Shown piece after piece: positions 38,856 through 49,332 of a stretch of 64,000 bases of DNA. Positions within the stretch are counted from its first letter, which is position 1. Each line of letters begins with the position of its first letter. A program made the translations under genes and the position numbers. The notes below the pieces were generated by a model that had not been told where the DNA came from, did no database searches, and saw nothing but the letters and a program-made list of their open reading frames with translations. Where the stretch lies: contig JAVRCV020000051.1 in NCBI GenBank assembly GCA_034530615.2, forward strand, positions 32,001-96,000, in the 5' to 3' direction. The DNA comes from Aulosira sp. ZfuVER01 (GTDB taxonomy: Bacteria; Cyanobacteriota; Cyanobacteriia; Cyanobacteriales; Nostocaceae).

Positions 38856-39660
38856 ATTGAGTAGTACTCCTGGATAAATAGGGGGTAATTTTAAATGATT
38901 GTTTCAGAAAATAAGTAAATATATTTACCTCATAAATATATTTTTACTTTTCCCAATGAAAAAGCAATTTCCTAGGTAAATAGCCACAACCAATGTGTCA
39001 CGTTTCTATAGGAAACGCCATCACAATTGCATATAGAAGGTTATTTGCTATTGCCTGAAACTATAGAGCTATGCTTAAATATTTGGATCTTTGGACGACA
39101 TATTTCCGCACATTAGAGACTTGCAGCTTTTCAAGTGAGACATTTCTCTTGAGAAGAATTCACTTTTAATTATCAGCAAATACTCTTATGCTGGAATAAC
39201 CCTTTCTACAAGTCCATAAGTTTTATGTCCGGACTTTTTTGATATGGCTGCAAAGATCGAGACATATTTTGTGGACAGTACCAATACAGGCATTGTTCCA
39301 CAGAATAGAAACAGATTTTGCTTTGATAAAAGTGCAAATTAGTAGCATTTTGAGAAACCCCATCAATGGCTGCTAGACAATTTCCCAAACGTTCCCAGTA
39401 AAGAAAAGCTTGAGAAAGCAATCTACATCTTGCAAAGGTTTAAAATTACCCAGCCAAGATGAAAAGCTGATAGAGATTTTGCTATGTATTTCTCGGTATT
39501 GCGAGAGTGACTTTCGCACTCAGCAATATTTACCCCGAAGCTAGCATTTACTCATGCTTACTGCTATTTATAAACATTAAACTCTTGCCATATATTATTG
39601 CCATATATGGAGATAAAAGCAAATATTTTGATTTTTTGGCAACCGTAATTTTACTTATAT

Positions 39661-41235
39661 TTAGTTACCGCTACCGAGGATAAATAAACTGAGTAAAGTA
39701 CCACTATTCCAAAGACTATGCAAAAGCATAGGAGCAAGTAGATTACGCGATCGCGTGTAGACTACTCCCAAAACGATCCCCAAGGCAGTCAGTGGTAAAA
39801 TTTCCGACAAGCTCAGGTGAGCAGCAGCAAAGAGCAGGCTACTGGTAAGAATGGCAGCCCAAACGGGTAGGTAACGAGTGATGGATGGCAACAAAAAGCC
39901 GCGAAACAGAATTTCTTCAAAAAACGGTGCGGCGATCGCAGCTGTTAAGAAAAATATACCCAATGCGATGGAATCTTGACTTTCCAATGCCAGCTGCAAC
40001 AAGGGATTACTACCACCTTGTCCTTGCCATAGTTGTTGATTAATCAAAGACACCACAACGACTATCGGTAAAGCGGCACAATAGCCACCTAGTCCCCACA
40101 AAAACCACTTACCTTGAAAATTGAAGCGAAACCAGAATTCTGGCAAGGGGAAAAAGCGCTTGATTGAGAAATACAGTACTAATAGGGCACCTGATGCTAC
40201 TAAAAGGTAACGCAGCAAGACTGAAAAAGCCTGAAAACGTACATTACCACCAGCCAGCGAGATAGGGAGCAGAGACAATAACAGGGGTACAAACAGTTGT
40301 CCCATCAAGAAAAAACCGAGAATAAAAACCTGTAAAATCGTTTCACCACCCCAAGGTGTTGACCAGGGTACATCAGCATTCTGAGCCAGTAAGGCAGCTT
40401 TTCCCTTGACCAAACCTTGAGCAAACACAGCAATTAACAGTATGATACCGATCAAAGCTGCCAAGGTCGGGACAATGCCAATCACTGCTAATTTAATTAC
40501 AGCTTGGGCAGCAGCTTGTTGTTGTGTAGCTTGAACTGCTGATAATGCTTCTGGACGTTGCTGGAGTTTGTAGAGTTGCACCAGTGCAGTAGCACGAAAC
40601 CAACCTTCTAAATTTTTTTGAATCAACTGTTGGGCATTTGGTAGCAAGCGAGGAGGATTACTCCATAAACCAATTAACACAGTAGATGTTTCTGGAAATT
40701 CAGGATTGATATCTGAGCGTTGCTGTAAATCCGTCCACGTCTCCAGTGCTAAATCTGTCTTTCCTTGCTGTGCTTGTAACACTCCTAGGCGTAAGTCCAA
40801 TTCAGCTAATAACTTTTGCAGCTGGTTGATAGACTGCTGCAACTGTCGCTGCTGTTGACTAGCGGGATTTTCAGATGGACGAGTTTCTGGTAAGGGTTTA
40901 GGAGGTGCAGGAGTATTAACTGGTTGAGAGCGCAGTTTTGCCAGTTGATTTTTGGCTTTATCCAAATTGGTTTGCACCGATTTCCGCGCTTCTTGATATT
41001 GCTTGACAGCGTTATCCAGAGGTTGATCGCCAACAATGGCATCCCTAACTACCTGGAAATTCTCGTCTTTGTTATCTTCTGGTTGCCAAGCTTGCGCTTG
41101 CAGCGCAATATTTGTTTGATAAAGTTCCAGGCGACTTTGGAACTGCGGTTCCTGCCAACTACTAAATAAAGACAAGCCGGACAACACCAACGAAATCAGT
41201 GTTAGTCCAATTAAACCCAACCGTTTGATGGTCAT
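39661..41235 (-). CDS. CPBP (CAAX/Abi) family intramembrane metalloprotease
   Basis: APFFEEILFRGF, FAAAH, HSLWN. Confidence 0.92.
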   Translation of the reverse strand: MTIKRLGLIGLTLISLVLSGLSLFSSWQEPQFQSRLELYQTNIALQAQAWQPEDNKDENFQVVRDAIVGDQPLDNAVKQYQEARKSVQTNLDKAKNQLAKLRSQPVNTPAPPKPLPETRPSENPASQQQRQLQQSINQLQKLLAELDLRLGVLQAQQGKTDLALETWTDLQQRSDINPEFPETSTVLIGLWSNPPRLLPNAQQLIQKNLEGWFRATALVQLYKLQQRPEALSAVQATQQQAAAQAVIKLAVIGIVPTLAALIGIILLIAVFAQGLVKGKAALLAQNADVPWSTPWGGETILQVFILGFFLMGQLFVPLLLSLLPISLAGGNVRFQAFSVLLRYLLVASGALLVLYFSIKRFFPLPEFWFRFNFQGKWFLWGLGGYCAALPIVVVVSLINQQLWQGQGGSNPLLQLALESQDSIALGIFFLTAAIAAPFFEEILFRGFLLPSITRYLPVWAAILTSSLLFAAAHLSLSEILPLTALGIVLGVVYTRSRNLLAPMLLHSLWNSGTLLSLFILGSGN

Positions 41236-41658
41236 CTATCTTCCCTTGACTAACCAGTTTGGAGCGTATGCCCCTTGGGAATTATCGCAAGAAAAAGCAG
41301 GAGGTGGGTAGGTTTCGGGATTGAGTATTTATACGTTAGATAAAAGCGGGCGTTTTTTTCCTATGCTTCAAGACGGTGAGATTGAAGGGAATGAGCTTCT
41401 CCGCCGTCTTTTTGTGATATTGATCGCGCAAATTTAGTAGCTATTTTGTTCACAGATATTTCATATATATCACGTTTAATTTGAATTAAATGATACTTTA
41501 TCAGAATTTTTTACTTAAGTAATTATTATAAAGATTGTATAAAAAACACAAACTCAAGTATCAATACTGGTAATGTTTGGAATAAATTAGTGATTCTCAC
41601 TAAGTCTTTTTATACAAAAAAATAAATCATACGGACAGAGGAATTAACTAGAATTTTT

Positions 41659-42714
41659 ATGTTTAACTATTTACGTAGTTACTTTTATTTACGCAATACG
41701 AAAAAAATACTGTCACGAAAAGCTTGGATAATTCTGGGAAAATTTGGCTTGATCGCTGCCTGTGACATAATTTTTGTATTCACGATCGCAGTTTATGAAG
41801 CTTCAGCTACCCGGATCAGCCTCATTAATCCAAGCGAGTCTACTTGTATTAAAGGTAAAGATGCTTGCATCAAGAAAATCAGTAAAGATACTCTTAAAGA
41901 GGATGAAGAAATAGATACATTTTTGCGGATTGAATCTTTACCTGAGACTTCAACAAAAGAAGGCTACAACACAGATGCATCTTTAATTAAATCTCGCGAT
42001 CGCGAAAAACAGCGATGGTCTCATTCGTTAAAGTTAAGTGATGTGCCAATAGTCAATATCGGTGGTACAGATTATCGTGAATTTATCTTAACTATCAACG
42101 AGCCAGAGAAAACAAAGGCAAATCCCAACTTACCAGAGATTGAACTGAAGAAGTTACAGATTTTCTTGGGCAAAGCACCAAATCTAATTAATTACCCAAC
42201 TTTTGATGGTCATGCTACCAAAACTTTCGATCTCGAGCAAAATTCAGTTTTGCTTCAAGATATAAACTCTGAGCATGGTAAGCATGATTACTTGGTGTAT
42301 ATTAGCGACAGTTTTTTTACAAAGGGTAATAAAGGTGACAAGAAATATGTTTATCTATTTTCTCAATTCACTGATGCTGAAGGTGGAATTGTAGAATGGG
42401 CAGTGAGGAAGTTAGATAAAGGAGCTATATTACCCACTATCCCAGCAGGCGGATCGGCGGGAGCAGCAGAAGGTATATTAGGTAGTTTAATTCCCTTCTT
42501 CGGATTGTCACAAGTTTTGGGTGGAGGTGGATCTCCTAGCAATCACCAGAATTTGATTGATGGTAGAACTGGAGTAATTACACCAAACTTAGCAAAACCA
42601 TCAAGCGAAGTTCCCGAACCAACAACTGTGTTAGCTTCTTTGATCGGTATTAGTTTCCTCGCTACAGGAAGGTCAAAAATAAATTCAAAATTCAAAATTA
42701 AGAAACATTCTTGA
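41659..42714 (+). CDS. PEP-CTERM sorting domain protein
   Basis: N-terminal hydrophobic segment; VPEPTTVLASLIG plus TM segment and basic tail. Confidence 0.8.
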   Translation: MFNYLRSYFYLRNTKKILSRKAWIILGKFGLIAACDIIFVFTIAVYEASATRISLINPSESTCIKGKDACIKKISKDTLKEDEEIDTFLRIESLPETSTKEGYNTDASLIKSRDREKQRWSHSLKLSDVPIVNIGGTDYREFILTINEPEKTKANPNLPEIELKKLQIFLGKAPNLINYPTFDGHATKTFDLEQNSVLLQDINSEHGKHDYLVYISDSFFTKGNKGDKKYVYLFSQFTDAEGGIVEWAVRKLDKGAILPTIPAGGSAGAAEGILGSLIPFFGLSQVLGGGGSPSNHQNLIDGRTGVITPNLAKPSSEVPEPTTVLASLIGISFLATGRSKINSKFKIKKHS

Positions 42715-42739
42715 CCCTTGACTCTTGTCTGTTTTGCGC

Positions 42740-43426
42740 TCAAAAAGTAGATGAGATACTACTCAAATCTTGTTCGCTCATTGAGTTTAGTAGTGTCCAC
42801 AGTTGCAAACTAGTAAAATCGGGAATTGCGATAAAAGCGCCGACTTCTACTAAAATTTTGGGATCGTGAGTAGAAGCTATGCCAATGGTGCGGATATCAG
42901 CACCAACAGCAGCACGAATTCCAGAGGGTGAATCTTCTAAGGCGATCGCTTCATGCGCCTGAATCCCTAACTTACTCAGAGCAACTTGGTAGGGAGCAGG
43001 ATCTGGTTTACCTGCTATACAATCGTCTGCCAAAACAATTGTATGAAAAGCTTCCTTTATGCCTAAAACATCTAGCATAAATTCGGCATTTAATCTAGGA
43101 GCATTAGTTACTAAAGCGCGTTTTAACTGATGTGCTTCTGTCCATGCTATTAGTTCCGAAAATCCACTTAGCGGCTTCAGATTTGGTGCAAGTTCTCGGA
43201 ACAGCGCTTCTTTATCATCTGCAAATTTTTGTCCATCTGCTAGTGATAGTTGTGGCAATATATCTTTGACAATTTCTGGGTTTAGTCGTCCACTAATTCT
43301 GGATTTGTAAAAGGTTTCGTCAATTTCTATGCCATAATTGGACAACTTTTGCTGCCAAGCTTGGTAGTGTATAGGGTCGGTGTTGACAATAGTGCCGTCT
43401 AGGTCAAAGAGAATTGCAGCTAGCAT
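42740..43426 (-). CDS. HAD-family phosphatase
   Basis: ILFDLDGT, VTNA, KPDPAPY, LEDSPSG. Confidence 0.92.
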   Translation of the reverse strand: MLAAILFDLDGTIVNTDPIHYQAWQQKLSNYGIEIDETFYKSRISGRLNPEIVKDILPQLSLADGQKFADDKEALFRELAPNLKPLSGFSELIAWTEAHQLKRALVTNAPRLNAEFMLDVLGIKEAFHTIVLADDCIAGKPDPAPYQVALSKLGIQAHEAIALEDSPSGIRAAVGADIRTIGIASTHDPKILVEVGAFIAIPDFTSLQLWTLLNSMSEQDLSSISSTF

Positions 43427-43650
43427 GGCTTCTAGTTATTATGTAAATAAATGTTAACTTTACTGACATAGTTTACATTGTTTTTTATTCTTTGTCATTG
43501 TCTCAATATTCATCAAGGCAAAGAACAACAAATTAATCTGCTAAATCTGTTTCTTCTTTCCCCAACTCTAAAAGTTGTCTTGCACTCAACTGTTAAAGGA
43601 CATAACTGATTTAATTGAGCCATATTATTGATCGCCACCTGTGTAAACAA

Positions 43651-44424
43651 ATGCTAGCCGCCACAAAATCTTTTAGTGTCGATAAATTGACTGTGCAGAT
43701 TTACAATACTGAAGCCGAAATGGCTCAAGATGTTGCAGAAATCGCGCAACAGTATTTACATAAACTTCTTCAGCAACAGGATTCAGCCACTGTTTTGCTA
43801 GCGACAGGAAACTCCCAACTTAAATTTCTTGATGCTTTGATTGCTTTAGGTGGTGTAGATTGGTCGCGGATTATCTTATTTCATTTAGATGAATATCTAG
43901 GGATTTCTAGCGATCATTCTGCTAGTTTCCGGCGCTATCTGCGGGAGCGTGTAGAGCAGCGAGTTAATCCTCAGCAATTTCACTATCTAGAAGGTGATAC
44001 CTTGCAACCTTTGGCAGAATGCGATCGCTATACCAAACTGCTGCAAGCACAGCCAATAGACTTATGCTGTCTTGGTGTAGGCGAAAATGGGCATTTGGCT
44101 TTCAACGATCCATCTGTGGCTGATTTTCAAGATCCTTACAGAGTCAAACTAGTCAAGCTAGATTCCGTTAACCGACAACAACAAGTCAAAACAGGTCATT
44201 TTCCAAATTTGGAAAGTGTGCCGCAATATGCATTTACTGTAACTTTACCCTTGATTTGTTCGGCAAAAAAAATTATTTGCCTTGCACCAGAAAAACGTAA
44301 AGCGAATGTAGTTAAAGATATATTGCAGGGGTCAATTAATACAAAATGTCCTGCTTCTATTCTGCGTCAACAAGCTCAAGCAATGTTATTTCTCGATATA
44401 AATTCTGCTAGTTTGCTACCTTAA
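43651..44424 (+). CDS. nagB: Glucosamine-6-phosphate deaminase family protein
   Basis: LATGNS, FHLDEY, LGVGENGHLAFNDP, CPASIL. Confidence 0.85.
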   Translation: MLAATKSFSVDKLTVQIYNTEAEMAQDVAEIAQQYLHKLLQQQDSATVLLATGNSQLKFLDALIALGGVDWSRIILFHLDEYLGISSDHSASFRRYLRERVEQRVNPQQFHYLEGDTLQPLAECDRYTKLLQAQPIDLCCLGVGENGHLAFNDPSVADFQDPYRVKLVKLDSVNRQQQVKTGHFPNLESVPQYAFTVTLPLICSAKKIICLAPEKRKANVVKDILQGSINTKCPASILRQQAQAMLFLDINSASLLP

Positions 44425-44632
44425 ACTACTTAGCTTCTTCTCATTCAGTTGTAAGGATTTAAGTTATATATTTACTCTTGAGGATTGTCATTAGTCATTT
44501 GTATTCCAAAGGACAGATGACCAATGACAAGCAGAGAAGTCAGAGCGACGGATAAATAACCTGCGGTAAAGACTAACAATGAACCGCCTTTCACCGAAGG
44601 TAAAGCCACATCTTATACAGCAGGCGCTAAAT

Positions 44633-44830
44633 TTAAACTGCTGAACCCTGCCTCCACTCTGAAATTACATCTTCTACTACTAATTCTTTTTTCTGTGAAT
44701 TTGTAGCTGATGCTACTAGTACTTTTAGTGTTGTGGTATAGACATCATTTATTATTTGGTGCCCGTAACCAATTACTTTGCCTAGATGTCCAGTTTTTTG
44801 ATTTAGCACATAGTCCCCAATGTTAAACAT
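44633..44830 (-). CDS. Small hypothetical protein (beta-rich)
   Basis: MFNIGDYVLNQKTGHLGKVIGYGHQ; protein-like 65-aa ORF. Confidence 0.65.
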   Translation of the reverse strand: MFNIGDYVLNQKTGHLGKVIGYGHQIINDVYTTTLKVLVASATNSQKKELVVEDVISEWRQGSAV

Positions 44831-45653
44831 AGCTGCAACTACCAGTTTTAACTAATGTGTCTCTACATTGTCTGTGTACTAAAGCTTAATAACTTCATAC
44901 TTGGAATATGTTTTATCTCAGCCTTAAGGAAGATTTTTTCCGGGTTTGATGTTTATTTAAGTTAGCTTCACTCCCCAAGAAGAAAAACTTTTTGTTTTAG
45001 GGTAGTTCCATTGACATAAGTTGCACTGCCATGCATGAAAATTCTTCCTAATTCTGCTCTATGCCTTATTTCCAAAAAAGAATGCGGAAAGGTAAATTTT
45101 ATTTTAAATCTGCTTTTACTCGTTGATTAACAATATTGTTCTGTTCTTCGTGTACGATCTTTTCCTGCTCATAATTTAAATTTAAATTGTAAAATAATTT
45201 ACCAAAAAAAAGTGCGACAGGAATGCTAATAATCAGCCAAATACAGGCAAAAATTACCAATGTCAAAATCATAAGTCTAGTAATACCTAAGTGTTTTTGC
45301 GGTCACGACGATCGCGGTGATATTTTTTTTGATTTATTGGGCATTCTTATGATATACACATCATTGGGAATTGCAAGTTATACTATTTCATTTCAAGGTC
45401 AGTACAGATGGAGAGCAAGGGAGAATAATTTGTAACTGTAATTTAGGTAATTGCTATTAATCGGTAATATCAGGGTTTCGGCGATCGTAGCCTAGTTAAA
45501 AAGTGCCTAGTGCAGTACGAAACAATCAGACTTTGTTTCCCTAAGGAAAGGATTTTTGCGTTCCCCTAAGCCGAGGTGATAAATTTTAAACGTTTCTTCC
45601 GTGTTTTTTTAGCTACTTGCTTGGGCCGACTTTGGCATAGCAATCATTAAAAT

Positions 45654-45669
45654 TGTAAATAATGATACA
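45654..45669. promoter_or_regulatory. Candidate NtcA box upstream of the Ser/Thr kinase
   Basis: TGTA-AATAATGA-TACA, about 120 nt before ATG 45790. Confidence 0.4.
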
Positions 45670-45789
45670 AAGATTAGAGTATATATACTAGTTAAGTTTG
45701 TTTAAACTAACTGTTAAACCCAAACATTTACAACCTGTCTATTACACAGGAATCACCCACGATTGTTGGACATTGGAGCCAAATTTTCT

Positions 45790-47343
45790 ATGTCAGATCC
45801 CAACATTGGTCGCTTACTCAGCAAACGCTACCAGCTTCAAGAATTAATCGGTACTGGAGCGATGGGCCGAGTTTATCGTGCTAAGGATGTTTTGTTGGGA
45901 GGAGTACCTGTAGCAGTTAAGTTTCTTGCGTTGTCCATACAGAATGAAAAAATGCGATTGCAAGAACGTTTTGAGCGAGAAGCGAAAACCTGTGCCTTAC
46001 TAGGGCAAAAAAGCATTCATATTGTCAGAGTAATGGACTATGGAGTAGATGACAAGAATACTCCTTTCTATGTTATGGAATATTTGCAAGGACAGAGTTT
46101 AAGCAATGTTATTCGCCTGCAAAATCTGACTTTACCAAGATTTTTGAGTATGGTGCGTCAGATGTGTCTGGGGTTACAGTGTGCCCATGATGGCATTCCG
46201 GTGGATGGCACTATCTGCCCAATTATCCATCGCGACATTAAGCCTAGCAATATGTTGGTGATTCAAGATCCGAGTTTTGGAGAATTGGTCAAGGTTCTGG
46301 ATTTTGGTATTGCTAAGTTACTAGAGTCAGATGGCAATATGACTAACTATTATTTGGGCACTCTAGCTTATTCTTCGCCAGAACAGATGGAGGGAAAGGA
46401 ATTAGACAATCGCTCTGATATATATAGTTTGGGCATCATGATGTTTGAGATGCTCACAGGGAAGATGCCACTGGTGCCAACAACCGCCTCTTTTGGAGCA
46501 TGGTATAAAGCGCATCGCTATCAAGAACCAACTTCCTTTGCTGAGGCGGCCCCTGCTTTACAACTACCAAAGCAGGTGGAAGATTTAGTGATGAGTTGTC
46601 TCGCTAAAGCAGCAAGCGATCGCCCCCAAAATATCAGTGAAATCCTCAGCACTTTAGCATCTATAGAACAGCATTATCACACACGCCTTAGTATTCCAAA
46701 AACTGATGTGCTGATTGATGAGAGTGCAGTTAAAGCTGAAGTTACGCAGCAGATAAAAGCTGATGTACAAACATCTGATTCCGAGAGTGAAATCACTCCT
46801 ACCTATTCTTGGCCGCAAAATAAACCAATTGCGGATATTGTTTTTCCTCAAATCATCCGTACTAATACTGGAACTTTACCATCTCTGTGGATCATGCTAC
46901 AGCAAGAGGAAATTCATAAGCGTTTAGTCTGTAAACGTTACAATCAATTTCTCTTTATTACTATTCCCCACCCTATGCTGCTGTGGATTACGGCAATCTA
47001 TAATCGCAAGCACGGACCTAAATGGTTGCCTTACTACCTCGATCTGAAAACCAGTTTCGGGCAAGAAATAACCACTCTTCTAGGGCAAACAGGTTACTAT
47101 CGCCTGTTATTCTTTGCTAGAGAGACACCAGCTAGCTGTTCTCATATCCTAACTTCTAGTATCGCTCCTGCCCAATGCCAAAAATTGCAAGAGTGGGCCA
47201 CAAGTAGTAAAGTTCTGGTTTCTTCCGCTGAACCGCAAATGAGTAAAGGTTTGCTCAAACGCGAGTATGAAAAAATTAAGCCCTTGATTTTGGCAAAGCT
47301 CGAAGGAATAAATACTAATTCTCAATTTGACCTTTCTGGCTAG
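45790..47343 (+). CDS. Hanks-type Ser/Thr protein kinase
   Basis: IGTGAMGRVY, VAVK, HRDIKPSN, DFG, YSSPEQ. Confidence 0.95.
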   Translation: MSDPNIGRLLSKRYQLQELIGTGAMGRVYRAKDVLLGGVPVAVKFLALSIQNEKMRLQERFEREAKTCALLGQKSIHIVRVMDYGVDDKNTPFYVMEYLQGQSLSNVIRLQNLTLPRFLSMVRQMCLGLQCAHDGIPVDGTICPIIHRDIKPSNMLVIQDPSFGELVKVLDFGIAKLLESDGNMTNYYLGTLAYSSPEQMEGKELDNRSDIYSLGIMMFEMLTGKMPLVPTTASFGAWYKAHRYQEPTSFAEAAPALQLPKQVEDLVMSCLAKAASDRPQNISEILSTLASIEQHYHTRLSIPKTDVLIDESAVKAEVTQQIKADVQTSDSESEITPTYSWPQNKPIADIVFPQIIRTNTGTLPSLWIMLQQEEIHKRLVCKRYNQFLFITIPHPMLLWITAIYNRKHGPKWLPYYLDLKTSFGQEITTLLGQTGYYRLLFFARETPASCSHILTSSIAPAQCQKLQEWATSSKVLVSSAEPQMSKGLLKREYEKIKPLILAKLEGINTNSQFDLSG

Positions 47344-47795
47344 GTAAATGTTACTGTAATTTACGTAAATTATGAGTTTGTAAGAGTATTGCTACAAAAA
47401 TAGTTAAGTTTTGTTAATAAAAATCTATATCTAGTTGTAAGTTGTATTTATAAAAAATATAATTGGCTACGTTGAGACTTGTAAAAGTTAGTTTTTACTT
47501 GATTATCTAAAAATACGCATCTGTACAGAGTATAGTTGCTTGCTTGATTGTACATAGTTATGACTATCACGCTAGCTGACCGTAAATTAGTTTTGCTAAC
47601 GTGCCTAGTTAATATAGATGTGCATTAAGAATTTAGCCTTAAGGCTACGATAATTTATTTTTTTTAGTTGTTGTGTTAGTTGTTTTCAAGTTGTTGGAAT
47701 TGCCTATCGAAGTTGACGCCCCAGCATCCCCAGCTCCTTTCCTCGTTGGAACCGAGCAAGAGAAGGAGGTCGCCCACTGCGACTATAGAAAAAAT

Positions 47796-47993
47796 CTATG
47801 CCAAAGTGGAGCCTGAATCTAAGCCCCATTGGTGCTTAAGTAGTTCTTGGTAAGTTGCTTCTCTCACTACCATTTGCTCATAGAGCTTAACCAAAAAGTC
47901 TTTGGCTTGATCGTGGCTCATGTGCTGCACCTGAGTGGCAAATGAGCGAATGCTGAATTGCTGTTCTAAGGACAGTTCGATTGGTCCGTTCAT
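47796..47993 (-). CDS. nblA: Phycobilisome degradation protein NblA
   Basis: MNGPIELSLEQQFSIRSFATQVQHMSHDQAKDFLVKLYEQMVVREATYQELLKHQWG; GGAG RBS. Confidence 0.95.
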   Translation of the reverse strand: MNGPIELSLEQQFSIRSFATQVQHMSHDQAKDFLVKLYEQMVVREATYQELLKHQWGLDSGSTLA

Positions 47994-48582
47994 AGTTAAC
48001 TCCAGAAAAAACAACGCGAAAAGGTTATATCGGTTTGGGTTACAGAGGTTCCAAAAGGATAATATTGGGACTGATTTCCTATTGCATTTGTTCCTCTGTT
48101 ATTAAGAAAGATAACAATAGTTTGACGAAATTGCCCACACCCTTATGGATTAATTTTGTCCAATTTGCCCACTTACTTATGGGTTAGTTTTCTGTTTGGT
48201 TATGTGACACCTAACTCTACTGATATACAACCAAAGTCTGCCTGCAAAGGCCGATTTTGTTAAATTTACATATTGGCTGACCAGAGGCTAGCCAATGCCT
48301 GACGTTTCCTAGAATTTCTTTTAAGCTTTTCTTAAGAAGAAATAAAAGGAAATGTGGGTAAATTATTATATTCTCTATACCTCATTAACGGCAAGATGTC
48401 AATCTAACGAAATATGGAAATTTTGCCTCCTTTAGGTAATTTGGAAGGCTAGAAATATTTGTATCAAGTTAGAAATAGGAAAAATGCTCAGACTGAACAA
48501 ATTGCTGAGTATATTTACCAAAAATAGTCAAAAGTCTAGTTCCTGAGACATTTGACCGTTAACTATTTACTAGAGTTAGGAA

Positions 48583-49314
48583 TTAATTCTGCTCTACTGC
48601 GACGATCGCAACTGTGATGTTATCGTGTCCACCATGAGCTTTAGCCGCATCGACTAGAGATTGGGCTGCCTGTTCTAAAGCTGAGTTGTCTTGAAGATAG
48701 TCAGCGATTTTCTGCTCGACAAGTTCTTCTGTAAGACCATCACTGCATAACAGTAAGCGATCGCCAGCTTTTACATCAAAAGGTTGCACATCGACTTGGT
48801 GTAGGTCTTCTCGCCCCAAGCAGCGCGATAAAACATGACGAAACGGATGAATCCGCGCTTCCTCGAAAGTAATGTCACCTAGTTTAATTGCTCTGGCTAC
48901 CCAAGTATGGTCTTCTGTAATCTGTTCTAATTGCGATCCTCGCAAGCGGTAAAGCCTAGAGTCGCCAACATGGGCGCACCAAGGCGACTCTGGGTCGCGA
49001 AAAATTACCACTACAGCCGTTGTACCCATGTCAGCCCGTTCGGGATGATCTTGCTGATCCTGCAAAATAGCTTCATTAGCCCGCCACAGCGCTTGGACCA
49101 ATAATTCCTGAGAAGACTGAGAAGATAGCCAATTCGCTGTTAAATACTCCTGAATTTCTCGAGTAGCAATCCGGCTGGCTTCCTCTCCGCCTGCATGACC
49201 ACCCATACCATCAGCAACGATGCAAAATCGCTGCTCTGAGTCAATATAGTAGGCATCCTGATTATTAGAACGAATAAGTCCCGGATCGCTCAGACCCGTG
49301 AAATTAAGTTTCAT
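48583..49314 (-). CDS. PP2C-type Ser/Thr phosphatase
   Basis: RSNNQDA, VADGMGGH, HVGDSR, LCSDGL, GGHDNIT. Confidence 0.95.
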   Translation of the reverse strand: MKLNFTGLSDPGLIRSNNQDAYYIDSEQRFCIVADGMGGHAGGEEASRIATREIQEYLTANWLSSQSSQELLVQALWRANEAILQDQQDHPERADMGTTAVVVIFRDPESPWCAHVGDSRLYRLRGSQLEQITEDHTWVARAIKLGDITFEEARIHPFRHVLSRCLGREDLHQVDVQPFDVKAGDRLLLCSDGLTEELVEQKIADYLQDNSALEQAAQSLVDAAKAHGGHDNITVAIVAVEQN

Positions 49315-49332
49315 AAATTTTTACTGCGAAAA

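Noticed and set aside
39206..39421. 71-aa ORF
   Set aside because: TTG start, no motif, atypical composition; unsupported.
39661..41235. CPBP/Abi protease as abortive-infection defence
   Set aside because: It is the ordinary cyanobacterial CAAX-protease-like protein in a core-gene context with internal HIP1 sites.
45223..45435. 70-aa ORF
   Set aside because: No recognisable motif; lies in a likely regulatory region upstream of the kinase.
47379..47396. NtcA-like site TGTAAGAGTATTGCTACA
   Set aside because: Spacing is GTA-N10-TAC rather than N8, and it lies between convergent genes.
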